Part shown: positions 1 through 7,470 of the stretch, in pieces | Layout of the letters: every line of letters starts with the position of its first letter | Numbering within the stretch: the stretch's first letter is position 1 | Source of the DNA: a virus | Lineage: Duplodnaviria; Caudoviricetes | DNA: 26,792 nt | IMG/VR virus record: IMGVR_UViG_3300021516_000080 | Span: 1 to 26,792 of that record | Strand: one strand, 5' to 3' | Notes under the pieces: model-generated | Databases searched by the model: none | Seen by the model: the letters and a program-made list of their open reading frames with translations, nothing else | What the model was told of the DNA's origin: nothing | Program-made: the position numbers and the translations under genes

Positions 1-3
1 GAA

Positions 4-231
4 ATGAGCGATCAAACTGAATTACAGCGACTGAGGGACGCGGCGTGGGAGGCGGAGGACAAGGCACGCAAGGCGGAGGCGGCGCGGGCTGAGGCTGCGC
101 GTCATGCGGCGCGTGATGCGGCGGACGCGGCAAAGAACGAGGCTTGGTCGAAGGTGGAGGTGGCGTGGGATGCGGCGGAGGTGGCGTGGGAGGCGTGGAG
201 GGCGGCGTTGGCTGCGGAGGGTGAGAAATGA
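4..231 (+). CDS. Hypothetical Ala/Glu/Trp-rich phage protein
   Basis: Low-complexity AAWEA/VAWDA/VAWEA repeats; stop overlaps the gmhA start (ATGA at 228-231). Confidence 0.6.
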   Translation: MSDQTELQRLRDAAWEAEDKARKAEAARAEAARHAARDAADAAKNEAWSKVEVAWDAAEVAWEAWRAALAAEGEK

Positions 232-803
232 GCGTTCTAACCGACTTAGAAATCAGCCAACGATTGGGCCAGACGGGCCGGTCACTGACGGATCTGGCAC
301 GGGTGCTGCACGATCGGCTGGAACCTGCGACCCAGATGTGTCTGGAGAGTTTGGCAAACGGCGGCAAGATTCTAGTCTGCGGAAACGGCGGGTCAGCGGC
401 GCAGGCGCAACACCTGGTGGCCGAGCTGGTGGTGCGGTTTGAGACCGACCGGCGAGCAATTGCTGCGTTAAGCCTGTCAGCGGACACCAGCGTTTTGACA
501 GCGGCCGGGAACGATTACGGCTTTGAAACGGTGTTTAGCCGCCAGATCGAGGCGCTGGGGACCTCTGGGGACACCCTGATCGTGTTCAGCACCTCGGGTA
601 AAAGCAAAAACATCAAAGAGGCAATCTTTGCGGCCCAGAAAAAGGGCATGAGGATATTGGGAATAAGTGGCCGGAAGGGGATGGCCGCGTTGTGTGCGGT
701 GGACATTATTGCGCCGGGTGAGACCACCGCGGTCATTCAAGAGATGCACCTGGTCATCACGCATCTGTTATGCCACGCAATTGAAAAGGGGATTGGCAAG
801 TGA
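228..803 (+). CDS. gmhA: Phosphoheptose isomerase (sedoheptulose-7-phosphate isomerase, SIS domain)
   Basis: Motifs GGKILVCGNGGSAAQAQHLVAEL, TAAGNDYGFETVFSRQ, STSGKS and IQEMHLVITHLLC; adjacent to heptose kinase and nucleotidyltransferase genes. Confidence 0.93.
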   Translation: MSVLTDLEISQRLGQTGRSLTDLARVLHDRLEPATQMCLESLANGGKILVCGNGGSAAQAQHLVAELVVRFETDRRAIAALSLSADTSVLTAAGNDYGFETVFSRQIEALGTSGDTLIVFSTSGKSKNIKEAIFAAQKKGMRILGISGRKGMAALCAVDIIAPGETTAVIQEMHLVITHLLCHAIEKGIGK

Positions 804-1585
804 CTGACATCATTGATGAATTTAAGGAAGTCACCGTGTTGGTGGTCGGTGATCCGATGTTGGACGTTTACCACGACGGCTACGTCGAGCGGATCAGTCC
901 CGAGGCACCAGTCCCGGTCTTTGTGGAATTTACCCGCGAGACGCGCATGGGTGGGGCTGCCAATGTCGCGGCTAACGTGCGCGCGCTTGGGTGCAACGTA
1001 AAAACGCATTTTCCGACCGTGAACTGGGGCGAGAAACACAGGTACATGGCGGGCAACCACCATTTGCTGCGCATCGACGATGATGTCGACTACGATCCGC
1101 CGACCAATACGCCCGACCTGACTGGCGTTGATGCGGTCATTCTCAGCGATTACGACAAAGGGTGGTTAGATCGGGAATTCGTTGCTGACCTGATTCTGGC
1201 CTGTCGCGTGCACACAATCCCAGTCGTGGTGGACCCCAAGGGTGAGGATTTCAGTAAATATCGAGGCTGCACAATCATTTGCCCCAACTATTTGGAAGCA
1301 GAGAACGTCGTCATGAACGACTTTCCGACCATCTTGTTTAAGCTAGGCGAGCGTGGTTTGTCATTGCACGAAAACGGAATTGACAAACATTTCCCGGCCA
1401 CATCACAAACAGTGTTCGATGTGTGTGGGGCAGGCGACACGGTGGTGGCCGTAGTTGGCGCCTGCCTGGCAGCAGGCGTCGACCTGCACACAGCTGCTGA
1501 ATTGGCAAACCTAGCCGCCGGTCATGTGGTGGGGCAGGTGGGTACGGCGACCTGCTCGGCTGACCAGCTGCGGGCGTTGCTGTGA
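800..1585 (+). CDS. hldA: D-glycero-beta-D-manno-heptose-7-phosphate kinase (HldE/RfaE domain I, PfkB family)
   Basis: Motifs VLVVGDPMLDVY, ERISPEAPVPV, GGAANVA, ILSDYDKG, VVDPKG, FDVCGAGDTV and ANLAAGHVVGQVGT; GTG start overlaps the gmhA stop (GTGA). Confidence 0.92.
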   Translation: MTDIIDEFKEVTVLVVGDPMLDVYHDGYVERISPEAPVPVFVEFTRETRMGGAANVAANVRALGCNVKTHFPTVNWGEKHRYMAGNHHLLRIDDDVDYDPPTNTPDLTGVDAVILSDYDKGWLDREFVADLILACRVHTIPVVVDPKGEDFSKYRGCTIICPNYLEAENVVMNDFPTILFKLGERGLSLHENGIDKHFPATSQTVFDVCGAGDTVVAVVGACLAAGVDLHTAAELANLAAGHVVGQVGTATCSADQLRALL

Positions 1586-2055
1586 AAACGGGGTTGGTTA
1601 ACGGCTGTTTCGACCTGCTGCACGAGGGTCACAAACTGATGCTGGCCGAGGCACTGGCGAACTGCGACCACCTGACCATCGCCCTGAACAGCGATGCGTC
1701 GGTCATGCGGTTAAAAGGACCGACCCGACCGATTCAGAACTGGGGCAACCGGTTTTGGTCAATTCACCGCTGGCATGGTGACCTAGCAAGACTGAAACCC
1801 CGGTGGGAATTGTTGACCCCGATTGCCGTAATCCCGTTCGAAGGAGACGATCAAAAGTTACTTTTGCAGATTCGGCCACAGATTTTGTTCAAAGGTTACG
1901 ATCACGGGGCTTTACCAATCTTTTACCGTAGGATAGGGTGGAAGCATCTGCCTGTCGGTGAACCGGTCTTTGAAGGCCCGGAAATTCATCAGTGCGGCAG
2001 GGTTGAAGGCGTCAGCACGACGAAGTTGTTGGAGCAAATGCATGAAAGCGCCTAA
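1582..2055 (+). CDS. hldC: Heptose-1-phosphate nucleotidyltransferase (HldE/RfaE domain II, cytidylyltransferase fold)
   Basis: Motifs NGCFDLLHEGH (HxGH), LNSDASVMRLKGPTRPIQ, KGYD and GVSTT; GTGA overlap with hldA. The middle segment is divergent. Confidence 0.85.
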   Translation: MKTGLVNGCFDLLHEGHKLMLAEALANCDHLTIALNSDASVMRLKGPTRPIQNWGNRFWSIHRWHGDLARLKPRWELLTPIAVIPFEGDDQKLLLQIRPQILFKGYDHGALPIFYRRIGWKHLPVGEPVFEGPEIHQCGRVEGVSTTKLLEQMHESA

Positions 2056-2266
2056 AGGCAACGGTTACCCAGTGCACAAGTGCTGCCCTGAAGGGTGGCG
2101 TCAAACCCCATTTATAACTGGGGACTACGATCTGGATGCCACGATCCTGAACAGGCACAACAAGGATCTACCGCATCGTCTCGAGCTGTACACCCGGCGT
2201 ACCAAAAGCCCATATGGGGCGCTGACTGGGTATAACGCGATTTCCAATTACCATGGGGATACCTGA
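2042..2266 (+). CDS. Hypothetical protein (74 aa, MKAPKGNGYP...)
   Basis: ATG at 2042 overlaps the end of hldC and the ORF fills the gap in the operon. Confidence 0.5.
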   Translation: MKAPKGNGYPVHKCCPEGWRQTPFITGDYDLDATILNRHNKDLPHRLELYTRRTKSPYGALTGYNAISNYHGDT

Positions 2267-2267
2267 A

Positions 2268-2402
2268 ATGTCAGCCGACTCAGCACACAAGTTCAAGCCG
2301 AAGATGGCTAAGAAAATGAAGCAGCCGATGCACAAAGAAACTCCGGCAATGAAAAAGCCGATGAAATTGGAAAAAGCCACGCCTAACAAGACGCGCTCTT
2401 AA
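2268..2402 (+). CDS. Small basic Lys/Met/Pro-rich peptide (44 aa), not in the ORF track
   Basis: Read by hand: MSADSAHKFKPKMAKKMKQPMHKETPAMKKPMKLEKATPNKTRS. Starts 1 nt after the previous stop with GGGG upstream; its TAA overlaps the next ATG (TAATG). Confidence 0.55.
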   Translation: MSADSAHKFKPKMAKKMKQPMHKETPAMKKPMKLEKATPNKTRS

Positions 2403-2590
2403 TGGACAGCGTGGACCTGATTAGCGATGAGGCGTTGGAACTGCTGTACAAGTTGGATAGCACCGACTTGATCAGTGACGAGGCGTTGGAGCTGCTGTAC
2501 AAAGCGGCTGAAACTGAGAACCACGCGCACGCGATTCGGGCGCTGTTTCAGGCTGGTGTTGACGCTGCGTTAGCATCTTCTGTAGCGTAA
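2402..2590 (+). CDS. Hypothetical acidic protein with an internal tandem repeat
   Basis: DSxDLISDEALELLYK occurs twice, and the two copies differ mostly at synonymous positions. Confidence 0.65.
   Translation: MDSVDLISDEALELLYKLDSTDLISDEALELLYKAAETENHAHAIRALFQAGVDAALASSVA
2405..2503 (+). repeat. Tandem coding duplication, 51-nt period
   Basis: Units 2405-2452 and 2456-2503; 15 of 16 residues identical. Confidence 0.85.
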
Positions 2591-2609
2591 TCAAAGACTT
2601 GTCGCATCA

Positions 2610-2951
2610 ATGACTAAGCCTCTAAAACACCGACCCGTTGGAAACGACAACGCAGCGCGTGGATCTGAGTTCAAAAGCGCGGTTAAAAGGGCGCTGTCTC
2701 GATCTGGTGGCACGGTGGAAAAGGGATTGGACAAGTTGTGCGACCAGTTGATCGTCGCTGCAATGGCGGGCGAGCAGTGGGCGGTGCAGTTAGTTGCTGA
2801 TCGAGTCGACGGCAAAGCGGCGCAAATTGTTTACGTGGGCGAAGCGCCAGAATTTATAGAGGCACCAAATGGGGTCGAACTCACCGACCGGCTCAACCGC
2901 GCACTCATTGGGCGCAGTGCAATCGACGCTGAGGGCCACTCGGTTCAGTGA
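2610..2951 (+). CDS. terS: Putative terminase small subunit
   Basis: Immediately upstream of and overlapping terL; GNDNAARG N-terminus and AVQLVADRVDGKAAQ motif resemble TerS-position proteins. Confidence 0.65.
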   Translation: MTKPLKHRPVGNDNAARGSEFKSAVKRALSRSGGTVEKGLDKLCDQLIVAAMAGEQWAVQLVADRVDGKAAQIVYVGEAPEFIEAPNGVELTDRLNRALIGRSAIDAEGHSVQ

Positions 2952-4506
2952 TCTAGTTGCGTCGTGGGATGCGCTGGACAGGAACGGGACGGACTACAGC
3001 GCGATGCGGTGGTTGGCGACGGTCGACCGGTACTACCTGTTGGTCAAGCTGTTGGGCCGAGCCGATGCCTGGCACCCGTGGCTGTACGCCCGTTGCCGGG
3101 AAGTCGAAGCAGCTCCAGACGGCCATCTCGACCTGTGGGCGCGAGAACACTACAAAAGCACCATCATCACGTTCGCTGGCATCATCCAGCAGATCCTGAT
3201 CGACCCTGAGATCACGGTGGGAATTTTCAGCCACACCAAACCGATCTCTAAAGCGTTTCTGGCCCAGATTAAACGTGAGCTTCAAAACAACCGGCTATTG
3301 CAGGCGCTGTTCCCCGAGATTCTCTACGCCAACCCCGAGGGTGAAGCGCCCAGTTGGTCGTTGGACAACGGAATTATCGTCAAGCGTAAGAGCAACGCCA
3401 AGGAGGCGACGGTCGAGGCGCACGGGCTGGTGGACGGCCAGCCGACCAGCAGGCACTTCAAGCTTCGGGTCTACGATGACGTCGTGACACTGGAGTCGGT
3501 CAGCACGCCTGAGCAGATCCAAAAGACTACCGAGGCGTGGAGCATGAGCGACAACCTCGGCAGTCTAGGCGGCAAGGTCTGGCACATCGGTACGCGGTAC
3601 TCATTTGCCGACACCTACGCGCACATCATGGGGACTGGGGCTGTGCAACCTCGGGTCTACCCGGCTACCCACGACGGCACCAAGGATGGGCGCCCAGTCC
3701 TGTTCAACCAAACCGAATGGGATCGGCGTATCCAGACGCAGCTAGAGGCGACGATTGCCACCCAGATGTTGCAGAACCCGTTGGCAGGGTCGCAACGCTG
3801 GTTCAACCCAGACGATTTGCAGGTTTATCAGGCACGGCCTGAGGCGCTGATGGTGTACGTGATGATCGACCCCGCTCGGTCCAAAAAAAAAGGCAGCGCC
3901 AACACGGCTATGGCGGTAGTTGGCATCGACCAAAGCGGCCAGAAGTACCTGCTAGACGGCTTTGACCACAAGATGGACCTTTTGGAACGCTGGACCGGGA
4001 TGCGTAGCCTGTGGGCAAAATGGAGGACAGCGCCAGGCGTAATCGGCGTCAAAGTCGGCTACGAGCGGTATGGCGCAATTGCCGACATGGACTATTTTTT
4101 AGAGCGAATCCGGGTGGAGAACGTGCAGGGGCTGAGTATCGAGGAACTGGAATGGCCTGCTGAGGGTCCGGGATCAAAAGACGACCGGGTACAGAGATTG
4201 CTACCCGACATTCGGGGCCACAATTTCTATTTACCCTACGAACCGCAGGACGGTGATCCCGATCTAACCGACCAGCAGAAACGCATGATTCAGGCCGGAT
4301 ATGACTACCGTATCGCGAAGGCGATCATCCAAAGGGACGAAAACGGCCAATTGTACAATCTGTCCGAACGGTTCAGGATGCAGGTGGGCTACTATCCGTT
4401 CACGGGGTTAAAAGACCTTATTGATGCCGTTTCGAGGATCTACGATTTGGACCCCCGGCCACCTGAATACATCGACAGCACCATCTTGGAACCTGAACTA
4501 ACATGA
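2869..4506 (+). CDS. terL: Terminase large subunit (start codon uncertain)
   Basis: Walker A-like WAREHYKST, Walker B-like HFKLRVYDDVV, coupling motif IGTRY, nuclease acidic motifs MIDPA and KDLIDAVS. Confidence 0.9.
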   Translation: MGSNSPTGSTAHSLGAVQSTLRATRFSDLVASWDALDRNGTDYSAMRWLATVDRYYLLVKLLGRADAWHPWLYARCREVEAAPDGHLDLWAREHYKSTIITFAGIIQQILIDPEITVGIFSHTKPISKAFLAQIKRELQNNRLLQALFPEILYANPEGEAPSWSLDNGIIVKRKSNAKEATVEAHGLVDGQPTSRHFKLRVYDDVVTLESVSTPEQIQKTTEAWSMSDNLGSLGGKVWHIGTRYSFADTYAHIMGTGAVQPRVYPATHDGTKDGRPVLFNQTEWDRRIQTQLEATIATQMLQNPLAGSQRWFNPDDLQVYQARPEALMVYVMIDPARSKKKGSANTAMAVVGIDQSGQKYLLDGFDHKMDLLERWTGMRSLWAKWRTAPGVIGVKVGYERYGAIADMDYFLERIRVENVQGLSIEELEWPAEGPGSKDDRVQRLLPDIRGHNFYLPYEPQDGDPDLTDQQKRMIQAGYDYRIAKAIIQRDENGQLYNLSERFRMQVGYYPFTGLKDLIDAVSRIYDLDPRPPEYIDSTILEPELT

Positions 4507-4691
4507 GAATGGACCTCACCGACCTACAGATCCGCGAACTGGTACGTACCATCGAGCGCGTGGCTGCGGGCCGGGGTCACATCACCTCGACTGAAGCCGG
4601 TCAGGTTCGACGCATTGCCGGCGAGCTGACCGAGCTGCGTTCCCGTGAGTCGGTCACCCGCCACCTAGCCGGTTTGGAAGGAGTCTACTGA
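4503..4691 (+). CDS. Hypothetical protein
   Basis: ATGA overlap with terL and TGATG overlap with the next gene. Confidence 0.55.
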   Translation: MRMDLTDLQIRELVRTIERVAAGRGHITSTEAGQVRRIAGELTELRSRESVTRHLAGLEGVY

Positions 4692-4963
4692 TGCGCTCTA
4701 CCGTCCCGGCGTCGCTTGGCTTACCAGTCACTAGCCGCACGTTCAGTTGGAACGAGATGTGTAGGCGAGCGTGGGGCAGCGAGTTCAGCGCCCCCGATCA
4801 CCGCGTTTACCAGTTCTCGAATGGGCGAGGGTTCGATAGCACCGACCGAGGCGTCACCGGGTTTTACACTCAGGGCGTACTCGACATCCTCACCGAGTAC
4901 GGGGTAGCCATCAATATGGAACCACCCGGCGACTCGGTTGGCGACCCGATCCTGATGGAGTGA
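4691..4963 (+). CDS. Hypothetical protein, possibly virion or fibre associated
   Basis: GGAG SD upstream; coupled to the previous ORF; directly precedes the tailspike gene. Confidence 0.55.
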   Translation: MRSTVPASLGLPVTSRTFSWNEMCRRAWGSEFSAPDHRVYQFSNGRGFDSTDRGVTGFYTQGVLDILTEYGVAINMEPPGDSVGDPILME

Positions 4964-4966
4964 TTC

Positions 4967-7321
4967 GTGCCAAAGATTTCCCAGTTTCCCGCAGGCGGCG
5001 TTGCCCAGAATACCGACCTGATTCCGATCGTGCGTAACGGCGGCGACTACACGGTCACCGGCTACAACCTGGCATCGCTGGCAGCCTACGGTCAAGCCTA
5101 CGTCGGCACGTTCACGGCCACGGCTGGACAGACGGTATTCACCCTGCCCGCATCGCCCGGCTCACTGGCCAACCTGTTCATCGCAGTCGACGGCGCGGTC
5201 ATGGTGCCGGGCAGCGACTACACATGGACAACGCCAACGACCCTGACGTTCTTGGTCGGCTTGAAGGTCAGCCAAACGGTGCTGTACAACTACACGACCT
5301 CAGTCCCCATCGGCACCTCGCTCGCTGGCGGCGTCTCAGGTCAGGTGCAGTACAACAACTCAGGGGTATTGAACGGCACCACAATCGGCGGCGATGCGAC
5401 GCTGGTGGCGACCACCGGCGCACTGACGGTCACCAAGACCAGCGGCGTTGCGTTTGCAGCGTCGGCCACGACCGATACGACCAACGCGGCAAATATCTCG
5501 TCGGGCATCTTGCCGGTTGCACGGCAGAGTTATACGCAGGGCAGCACCGGCTCGGTTGCTCGCACGGTGACGAATAAGTTGCAGGAGTCGGTGTCGGTAA
5601 TCGACTTTGGGGCTGATCCGACTGGGGTGGCCGATAGTACGACGGCGATCAATGCTTGTTACGCATCACTAAGCGCGGGACAGACGGCTGTGTTTCCGTA
5701 TGGCACGTTCAAAGTGTCTGGAACAATCAGCATACCTGCTGGTGTAAACACCACAATGAACGCCAGTGTGACATCGACGGTAGGCAACTATTTCACAATG
5801 AACGGATCGGGTGATTTCAATATGACGGATGGTTTTATGACCAACGTCTATTTGAAACTTATTAACGGAACGCCTCGAATTAGGGGATTTCGTTATACCG
5901 GTTATTTGAACACAGCGGCAATTCTGATCCAGACCGGCGCGTTTCAAAACTTGTATATCTCCGACATTGATATTCAAGCGGCCAACTATGGAATTCTGCG
6001 ACAGGGGGCAGGATCAACGTGCGACTGCGCGCAAATAGTGAACGGGCGTTTTTATAACCTACAAGGTGACGCCATTGAATGGAATGTTGCCATTGGCGAT
6101 ACCGGCGTTCAAATCTCAAACCATGTACTTGATTTAATCAATAACACCAATTCTAGTGCGAACTGGGGAATTGGAATTGGCATTGCCGGTAACACCTACA
6201 GCAATACCTACCCAGATAGCAGTTATGCTCGCGACTTTACGATTTCCAACATCAAAGGAAGCCGTATGGCCCAGTTGATCCACGTTGAAGCCAGCAAACG
6301 GTTTTCAATATTCAACATTGACGGATACGACATATCCAATGCGTACTCAACTGGATCAAGCATAGATCAAGCAACAGTTGCAATTTATGGCTGCACAGAC
6401 TTTACGGTAGAAGGAATTCGCTCAATTGCGGGTACAACCGGAAATGCAACTGCTGGTCAGGTTTTAATCACATACGGAACCAGCGCGGGGTCATATATAT
6501 GCCCAAGCCAAAACTACCAATTGCGAAACGTCTACATGAACAGCGGCGCTGTTACGTTAGATTCGGGTAACTCATCAACCACTGTAGTCGTTGATAACGT
6601 AAATCTTGTTGGGGCGGCTGGCACCTTCACGTTTAACGAGCGCCCGTCTAATTTGATTTTGAAAAACATTAACGCGCAGCGAAATAAAGCCAACGGAGCG
6701 GCATTAAGTTTGGCTCTAGACCTCAACATTGATGGTCGCCATGCGTTTGTTCCTAGTCAGCCAACAAGACTAGAGATTTCAAACGTCAACGGATATGACG
6801 AAAATTACAGCAGCAATACGTCGGTGAGCGGTTTTGTACAGGATCAGGTGTTTCTCCGTTGGAACAATTTCGAAGTTTCAGCGACGGGCAGTCAGGGCGC
6901 TGCCCAAGTGATGCGAGAGGTGAACCGTTTGTATCAAGGCGCATCTAACGGGCTGCCTTACGGGTTTGAATTTGTCCACGGCGATATGTTTATTGATACG
7001 ACTTTAGGAGTTCGGTATGTCTTTAACGCAGGTGGTTCTTTCAACAAAGCCACTGACAATTTTGCCGTTTACGATCAAACAAACCGAATTATAAAATCAA
7101 CGAATTACGCTTGGAATGGAGCGTTTAATCATTCTCCGGGTCAGCGTATTACGCTGACCAACATTGGCACAGCAGGCGCATCGTTAAGTTCGATTGTCCA
7201 AGAAGTTTATACGGCTGGCGGGAATTATTTGATGGTCATTGCTGATGCCATTGCTGCCGCCAATACGACGGCAGGTTCAATTAGTGCAACAAATGCACCG
7301 ACTTACGTCACAACCGCTTAA
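4967..7321 (+). CDS. Tailspike / depolymerase with a WcaM-like (colanidase-like) beta-helix
   Basis: N-terminal fibre anchor motifs (KISQFP, FTATAGQTVFTL, GQVQYNNSG); pectate-lyase-3 type start VSVIDFGADPTGVADSTTAI; WcaM-like segments NYGILRQG, LQGDAIEWNVAI, NWGIGIGIAGNTYSNTYP, QLIHVE and ATVAIYGC. Confidence 0.82.
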   Translation: MPKISQFPAGGVAQNTDLIPIVRNGGDYTVTGYNLASLAAYGQAYVGTFTATAGQTVFTLPASPGSLANLFIAVDGAVMVPGSDYTWTTPTTLTFLVGLKVSQTVLYNYTTSVPIGTSLAGGVSGQVQYNNSGVLNGTTIGGDATLVATTGALTVTKTSGVAFAASATTDTTNAANISSGILPVARQSYTQGSTGSVARTVTNKLQESVSVIDFGADPTGVADSTTAINACYASLSAGQTAVFPYGTFKVSGTISIPAGVNTTMNASVTSTVGNYFTMNGSGDFNMTDGFMTNVYLKLINGTPRIRGFRYTGYLNTAAILIQTGAFQNLYISDIDIQAANYGILRQGAGSTCDCAQIVNGRFYNLQGDAIEWNVAIGDTGVQISNHVLDLINNTNSSANWGIGIGIAGNTYSNTYPDSSYARDFTISNIKGSRMAQLIHVEASKRFSIFNIDGYDISNAYSTGSSIDQATVAIYGCTDFTVEGIRSIAGTTGNATAGQVLITYGTSAGSYICPSQNYQLRNVYMNSGAVTLDSGNSSTTVVVDNVNLVGAAGTFTFNERPSNLILKNINAQRNKANGAALSLALDLNIDGRHAFVPSQPTRLEISNVNGYDENYSSNTSVSGFVQDQVFLRWNNFEVSATGSQGAAQVMREVNRLYQGASNGLPYGFEFVHGDMFIDTTLGVRYVFNAGGSFNKATDNFAVYDQTNRIIKSTNYAWNGAFNHSPGQRITLTNIGTAGASLSSIVQEVYTAGGNYLMVIADAIAAANTTAGSISATNAPTYVTTA

Positions 7322-7358
7322 GGACACCCCATGCCATTCACCAACCCCCTAGACCGCG
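7319..7358 (+). repeat. 40-bp direct repeat, copy 1
   Basis: taaggacaccccatgccattcaccaaccccctagaccgcg; 39/40 identical to 8863-8902. Confidence 0.95.
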
Positions 7359-7467
7359 CTAATCGGATAACCCCATGACAGCCAGTTACAACCTCAGCCT
7401 CCTCGGCTCCAACTACTCGCAGGGCGGCACGGGCGCAGTTGCGCGGACTACGGCGAGTAAAGGGTAA
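7331..7467 (+). pseudogene. Two gene relics: a truncated start of the 8875 gene (7331-7378) and a 30-aa tailspike N-terminal fragment (7375-7467)
   Basis: MPFTNPLDRANRITP* shares its first 9 aa with the 8875 ORF. MTASYNLSLLGSNYSQGGTGAVARTTASKG* resembles both the start of the 7471 gene and the SYTQGSTGSVARTVTNK motif of the 4967 gene. Confidence 0.7.
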
Positions 7468-7470
7468 GAC

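Noticed and set aside
228-803. Alternative call as DiaA (a GmhA paralog)
   Set aside because: Coupling to heptose kinase and nucleotidyltransferase genes and retained His/Glu/Gln/His residues favour GmhA.
3883-3891. A9 run in terL as a possible slippage or phase-variation site
   Set aside because: It encodes KKK in an intact frame just after the nuclease Asp motif; no useful alternative product is evident.
4691-4969. The 90-aa ORF is in frame with the tailspike, separated by TGA-TTC, suggesting stop read-through
   Set aside because: The tailspike GTG has its own GGAG SD at 4957-4960, and in-frame adjacency happens by chance one time in three.
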